A DNA stretch of 64,000 nucleotides from a bacterium (GTDB lineage Bacteria; Vulcanimicrobiota; Vulcanimicrobiia; Vulcanimicrobiales; SCRA01): assembly GCA_004297985.1 (NCBI GenBank), contig SCRA01000044.1, positions 78,262-142,261 of the forward strand, written 5' to 3'. The stretch's first letter is position 1; every line of letters starts with the position of its first letter. The position numbers and the translations under genes were made by a program. Positions 60,924 to 64,000 of this stretch are shown here, piece after piece. The notes under the pieces are model-generated. The model had not been told where the DNA came from. It was given only the letters and a program-made list of their open reading frames with translations, and ran no database searches.

Positions 60924-61736
60924 TCAGCGCGCCCCGAGCTGGCCCAGCACGTCGTCGCAGAGCAGGCGCATCGAAGGGTCGCTGGTGAGCGTGCGCGCCT
61001 TGGCATAGGCCTGCGCCGCGGAGCTGCGGTTGCCGGCGCGCAGCGCGATGCTTCCCAGCAGAAAGTAGCCCTTGGCATAGCTCGGCGCCAACGCGATCGC
61101 GTGCTGGGCCTCCACGCGCGCGTCGTCGAGGCGCCCGGCGCGCAGCAACGCCAACCCCAGGTTGTAGCGTACCGAGGCGACGTTGCCGTTGCCCGGCAGC
61201 AGCGCGGCGAAGGCGCTGGCCGCCAAGTCGTACTCGCCCGCGCGCAGTGCCGCGTAGCCCTCCTCGTAGCGCGCCAGCGCGGAGGCTGGCGCACTCGCGC
61301 GCATCGCGCGCGCGTCGCGTTGCGCCTCCACGAGCTTGCCGCGTTGCAGGTCCACGTAGACCAATCCTAGCCAAGCGGGTAGGATTCCCGGATCGCGTCC
61401 AAGCGCGGAGTCGAAGGCGCGAGCCGCCTCGTCGTAGCGTGCGGTGCGGGCGAGCACGAGGCCGACGTCATAGTACGCCGTCGAGCCTTGCGGTTCGTCG
61501 GGATCGCGTGCGACCGCGGAGCGGAACTTCGCCTCCGCGCCGGCGAGATCGTTCCGTTGGTAGAGTGCGAAACCTTGGTTGATCTCTTCGAAGGCACGGC
61601 GCGTCTGCGCCTGGCGCCCCAGATCGAGTCCGTCGCCGCGCTGTGACGTTGGCGGCGGCGTCTCTCGCCCATACTGCGCCCGCGCCGGGACCGTTGCGAG
61701 CGCGGCGAACACGAGCATCAGTGCCACGGCCTTCAC
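60924..61736 (-). CDS. Secreted TPR-repeat protein
   Basis: Start at GTG 61736 (VKAVALMLVFAALATVPARA signal). Multiple TPR-like repeats follow: AFEEINQGFALYQRNDLAGAEAKFRSAVARDP, AYYDVGLVLARTARYDEAARAFDSALGRDP, and others. Confidence 0.75.
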   Translation of the reverse strand: MKAVALMLVFAALATVPARAQYGRETPPPTSQRGDGLDLGRQAQTRRAFEEINQGFALYQRNDLAGAEAKFRSAVARDPDEPQGSTAYYDVGLVLARTARYDEAARAFDSALGRDPGILPAWLGLVYVDLQRGKLVEAQRDARAMRASAPASALARYEEGYAALRAGEYDLAASAFAALLPGNGNVASVRYNLGLALLRAGRLDDARVEAQHAIALAPSYAKGYFLLGSIALRAGNRSSAAQAYAKARTLTSDPSMRLLCDDVLGQLGAR

Positions 61737-62014
61737 GGACGCGGGCTCTCCCCCGCCGGCTGGCCCTGGAAGACCGGGTCGAGCGTGGCCGACTCCGCCT
61801 CCAACTGCGGCCAGCAATCCCACGCCTTCCGGCCCGCGGCCGATATCGGGCCGAGCAAAACATGGCCGGGCGGTTCGGGCGCGAGGCCGCGCGTAGCGAT
61901 CTCCCAGCCCGGCGGTGCGGGAGGTGCCCCCACCGCGTGGGCAGCCACGGCCACGCTCCCGATGAGCAGGGCGGCGAACAGAGCCATGAGCGTAAGGTAG
62001 CGGAGCATCGTCAC
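61733..62014 (-). CDS. Small secreted hypothetical protein
   Basis: MTMLRYLTLMALFAALLIGSVAVAAHA signal, then a 66-aa Pro-rich product. Its stop overlaps the TPR gene's GTG (GTGA). Confidence 0.4.
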   Translation of the reverse strand: MTMLRYLTLMALFAALLIGSVAVAAHAVGAPPAPPGWEIATRGLAPEPPGHVLLGPISAAGRKAWDCWPQLEAESATLDPVFQGQPAGESPRP

Positions 62015-62057
62015 CTCAAAGCCTAGCCCGAGAGTCTGCGAAGTCCCTGAAGGCGCT

Positions 62058-63014
62058 TCACGCCGTATGCGCGGGGAGCCGCAGCGTGAAGACGGAACCC
62101 TGGCCGGCCTCGCTCTCCGCCTCGAGCGTACCGCGATGCGCCGCGGCGATCCAGCGGCAGATGGCCAGCCCCAGGCCTGCGCCCTCTTCGCCGTCTACGC
62201 CAAACCGCACGAAGGGCTCGAAGATCTCCGTTAGCCGTTCGCGCGGGATCCCGCTCCCGCTGTCGCGCACTTCGAGCGCCACCTCTCCGCGGCCCGGGCG
62301 CGCGGAGATCGTGATCGCACCGCCTGCGGGTGTCGCGCGCAGTGCGTTGCTCACCAGATTCCCAGCCAGTTCCACCAGACGTTCCCGGTCCCCCAAGGCC
62401 AGCGCAAAGGCGTCCCCTTCGCGGCGCAACGTCACCCTGCGCGCACGCGCCTGCTCCGCGAAGCGGCGCACCGTCGTCGCGGCTACATCCTGGAGATCCA
62501 CCGGCTCACTGACCACGCTCATGCCGCGGGCGGGGCGCGCCAGCGTCAGGAGATCCCCCGCCAGGCGGCCCATGCGGCGAGCCTCGTCCAGCACGCTCGC
62601 CAACGCGCGCAGCGCCTCCTCTGGCCGCCCACCGCGCAGCGCCACCTCCGCCTCAGCGGCGATCACGGCGATCGGCGTACGCAGCTCGTGCGAGGCCTGC
62701 GCGGCGAAGCGCCGCTGGCGTTCCAACGATTCCGCCAAAGGCGCCACGGCCAGACACCCCAGCGCGTAGGCGGCGGCCGCCGCCGCGATCAGGATCGGCA
62801 CGCTCGCGGCCACGATGCCGACGATCAGCGAGCGCGCATAGGCACGAATCGCGGCATCGCCCAACGGCGTCCCCGCGAGCTCCGCGAGCTGGTCGCGCTG
62901 ACTGCCCATCGCCACGAGATAGAATGCGGCGTCGGCGGCTAAGAGCACCATCAACAGGGCCAGGCCGTTCCAGAGCGCTAGACGGAGCGCCGCCGCGCGC
63001 ACGCTGCGCTCCAA
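62058..63014 (-). CDS. Sensor histidine kinase (two TM segments, very short external loop)
   Basis: H-box FAAQASHELRTPIAVI, N box LVSNALRAT, G boxes VRDSGSGIP and GAGLGLAI. The periplasmic loop is only about 25 aa, as in intramembrane-sensing kinases. Confidence 0.85.
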   Translation of the reverse strand: MERSVRAAALRLALWNGLALLMVLLAADAAFYLVAMGSQRDQLAELAGTPLGDAAIRAYARSLIVGIVAASVPILIAAAAAAYALGCLAVAPLAESLERQRRFAAQASHELRTPIAVIAAEAEVALRGGRPEEALRALASVLDEARRMGRLAGDLLTLARPARGMSVVSEPVDLQDVAATTVRRFAEQARARRVTLRREGDAFALALGDRERLVELAGNLVSNALRATPAGGAITISARPGRGEVALEVRDSGSGIPRERLTEIFEPFVRFGVDGEEGAGLGLAICRWIAAAHRGTLEAESEAGQGSVFTLRLPAHTA

Positions 63015-63018
63015 AGCG

Positions 63019-63711
63019 TCAGCCCTCGATCCGTTGGCGCGCCGCGAGCACTTGATAGCCTACGCCCCACACCGTCTTGATGGGATCGGCGCCCCCCGCT
63101 CCCTTGATCTTCCTGCGCAACTGGCTGACGTAGACCTCGACGATGTTACCGGAGCCCTCGTATTCGTATTCCCAGACGCGGTCGAGGATCTGCTGACGAG
63201 TCAGCACCACGCCGGCATTGGTCAACAGGTACTCCAGCAGCCGAAACTCCGTGGCCCCCAATGCAAGCGGCGTGCCCAGCGCCGTTGCCGTGCGCCCCGC
63301 GCGATCCAGACGCACATCGCCGATTGCGACCACGTCGGCGGCCACGGGCCGCTCGGCGCGCCTCAACAGCGCCCGCACGCGCGCCAAGAGCTCTTCGATC
63401 GAGAACGGCTTGACCAGGTAGTCGTCGGCGCCGGCGTCGAGTCCGCTCACGCGATCTTCCACCCCGTCGCGCGCGGTGAGAATCAGGATGGTCGTCCCCA
63501 CGCCATGCGCGCGCGCCGCGCGACAGACGTCGATGCCGTCGCGCGTGGGGAGCCCGATGTCGAGAATCGCCAGCGCATAGCTCTCGGTCAGCAACTCGTC
63601 GAGGGCGGCCTCGCCGTCACCCACGACGGTGACCGCATAGCGAAGCTCCTCGAGCGCCCGCTTGATCGAGCGCGCCAGCGCGTCGTGATCCTCCACTACC
63701 AGCAGACGCAT
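63019..63711 (-). CDS. OmpR-family response regulator
   Basis: MRLLVVEDHDALARSI...ALAILDIGLPTRDGIDV (receiver Asp), LTARDGVEDRVSGLDAGADDYLVKPF, C-terminal winged helix LTATEFRLLEYLL...VEVYVSQLRRKI...IKTVWGVGYQV. Start at ATG 63711. Confidence 0.9.
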   Translation of the reverse strand: MRLLVVEDHDALARSIKRALEELRYAVTVVGDGEAALDELLTESYALAILDIGLPTRDGIDVCRAARAHGVGTTILILTARDGVEDRVSGLDAGADDYLVKPFSIEELLARVRALLRRAERPVAADVVAIGDVRLDRAGRTATALGTPLALGATEFRLLEYLLTNAGVVLTRQQILDRVWEYEYEGSGNIVEVYVSQLRRKIKGAGGADPIKTVWGVGYQVLAARQRIEG

Positions 63712-63790
63712 GCGCGAACGGAGTTCCAGAGGCGCGGCGTGGACCCTCGCGCCAGGGCTGGCGCTGCCTCGCGCCCAACCAAGCGCCGAC

Positions 63791-64000
63791 GTGATTGACC
63801 AGACCGGCTCCGTCGCAGCACTCGACGCACGCATCCTCGAAGCCGTCGAACGCGGTCTCGACGCCGCAGCCTTCGACCGCCTCGCCCGCGACCTGTTCGC
63901 CTATCAGGTACAGAACGACGCCCCCTACGGGCGCTGGGTACGTTCGCTGGGCTGGAGCGAGAGGCGCATGCCCGCCGGCTGGCGCGAGATCCCCGCGATC
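63791..64000 (+). CDS. 5' part of a LuxE-like acyl-protein synthetase / acyl-adenylate-forming enzyme (3' end outside window)
   Basis: An open frame from GTG 63791 to the window edge reads VIDQTGSVAALDARILEAVERGLDAAAFDRLARDLFAYQVQNDAPYGRWVRSLGWSERRMPAGWREIPAI. The F..LA..LF.YQ...N..Y........G....W.EIPA pattern resembles LuxE-family N-termini. Absent from the ORF track because there is no stop. Confidence 0.4.
   Translation, partial: MIDQTGSVAALDARILEAVERGLDAAAFDRLARDLFAYQVQNDAPYGRWVRSLGWSERRMPAGWREIPAI

Overview
GC-rich (roughly two-thirds G+C by eye), densely coding bacterial chromosomal window. I support about 70 protein genes, six tRNA genes plus one internally deleted tRNA-Ser copy, and a 4.5S/SRP RNA. 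Most content is core housekeeping: BolA/Grx, SufB, MetNIQ, a fused 2-oxoglutarate dehydrogenase, DeoC, TadA, RecO, RuvX, MltG, YbeY, PhoH, PgpH, FloA/NfeD, S21, PyrG, PrmC, PrfA, L31 and LeuCD-type dehydratase subunits. On the minus strand, gene order from about 27.2 to 42.6 kb mirrors the Bacillus yqe/yqf region, which suggests a Terrabacteria-type lineage. Genes are packed into long co-directional strings, and many junctions are 4-nt GTGA/ATGA/TTGA stop-start overlaps; I used these to re-place several starts. Many ORF-track entries are antisense or N-terminally over-extended artefacts of stop-poor GC-rich DNA. I saw no CRISPR array, transposase, integrase, phage genes or recognisable defence system. 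The observations most worth follow-up are: (1) a cupredoxin lipoprotein gene overlapping a CxxCH-bearing, beta-barrel-like protein gene, a Cyc2/rusticyanin-like pairing, downstream of TPR, small secreted protein and two-component genes; (2) a single 1417-aa polypeptide combining a complete E2o (two lipoyl domains, E3-binding domain, Kgd-type acyltransferase core) with E1o; (3) a roughly 75-nt structured RNA element present both in the tRNA-Ser(GGA) spacer and as the 5' leader of leuCD, with one compensatory base-pair change; (4) an internally deleted tandem tRNA-Ser copy; (5) an uncharacterised protein translationally coupled between an OYE flavoenzyme and fumarylacetoacetase. All functional calls rest on motif recognition by eye. 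No database search was run.
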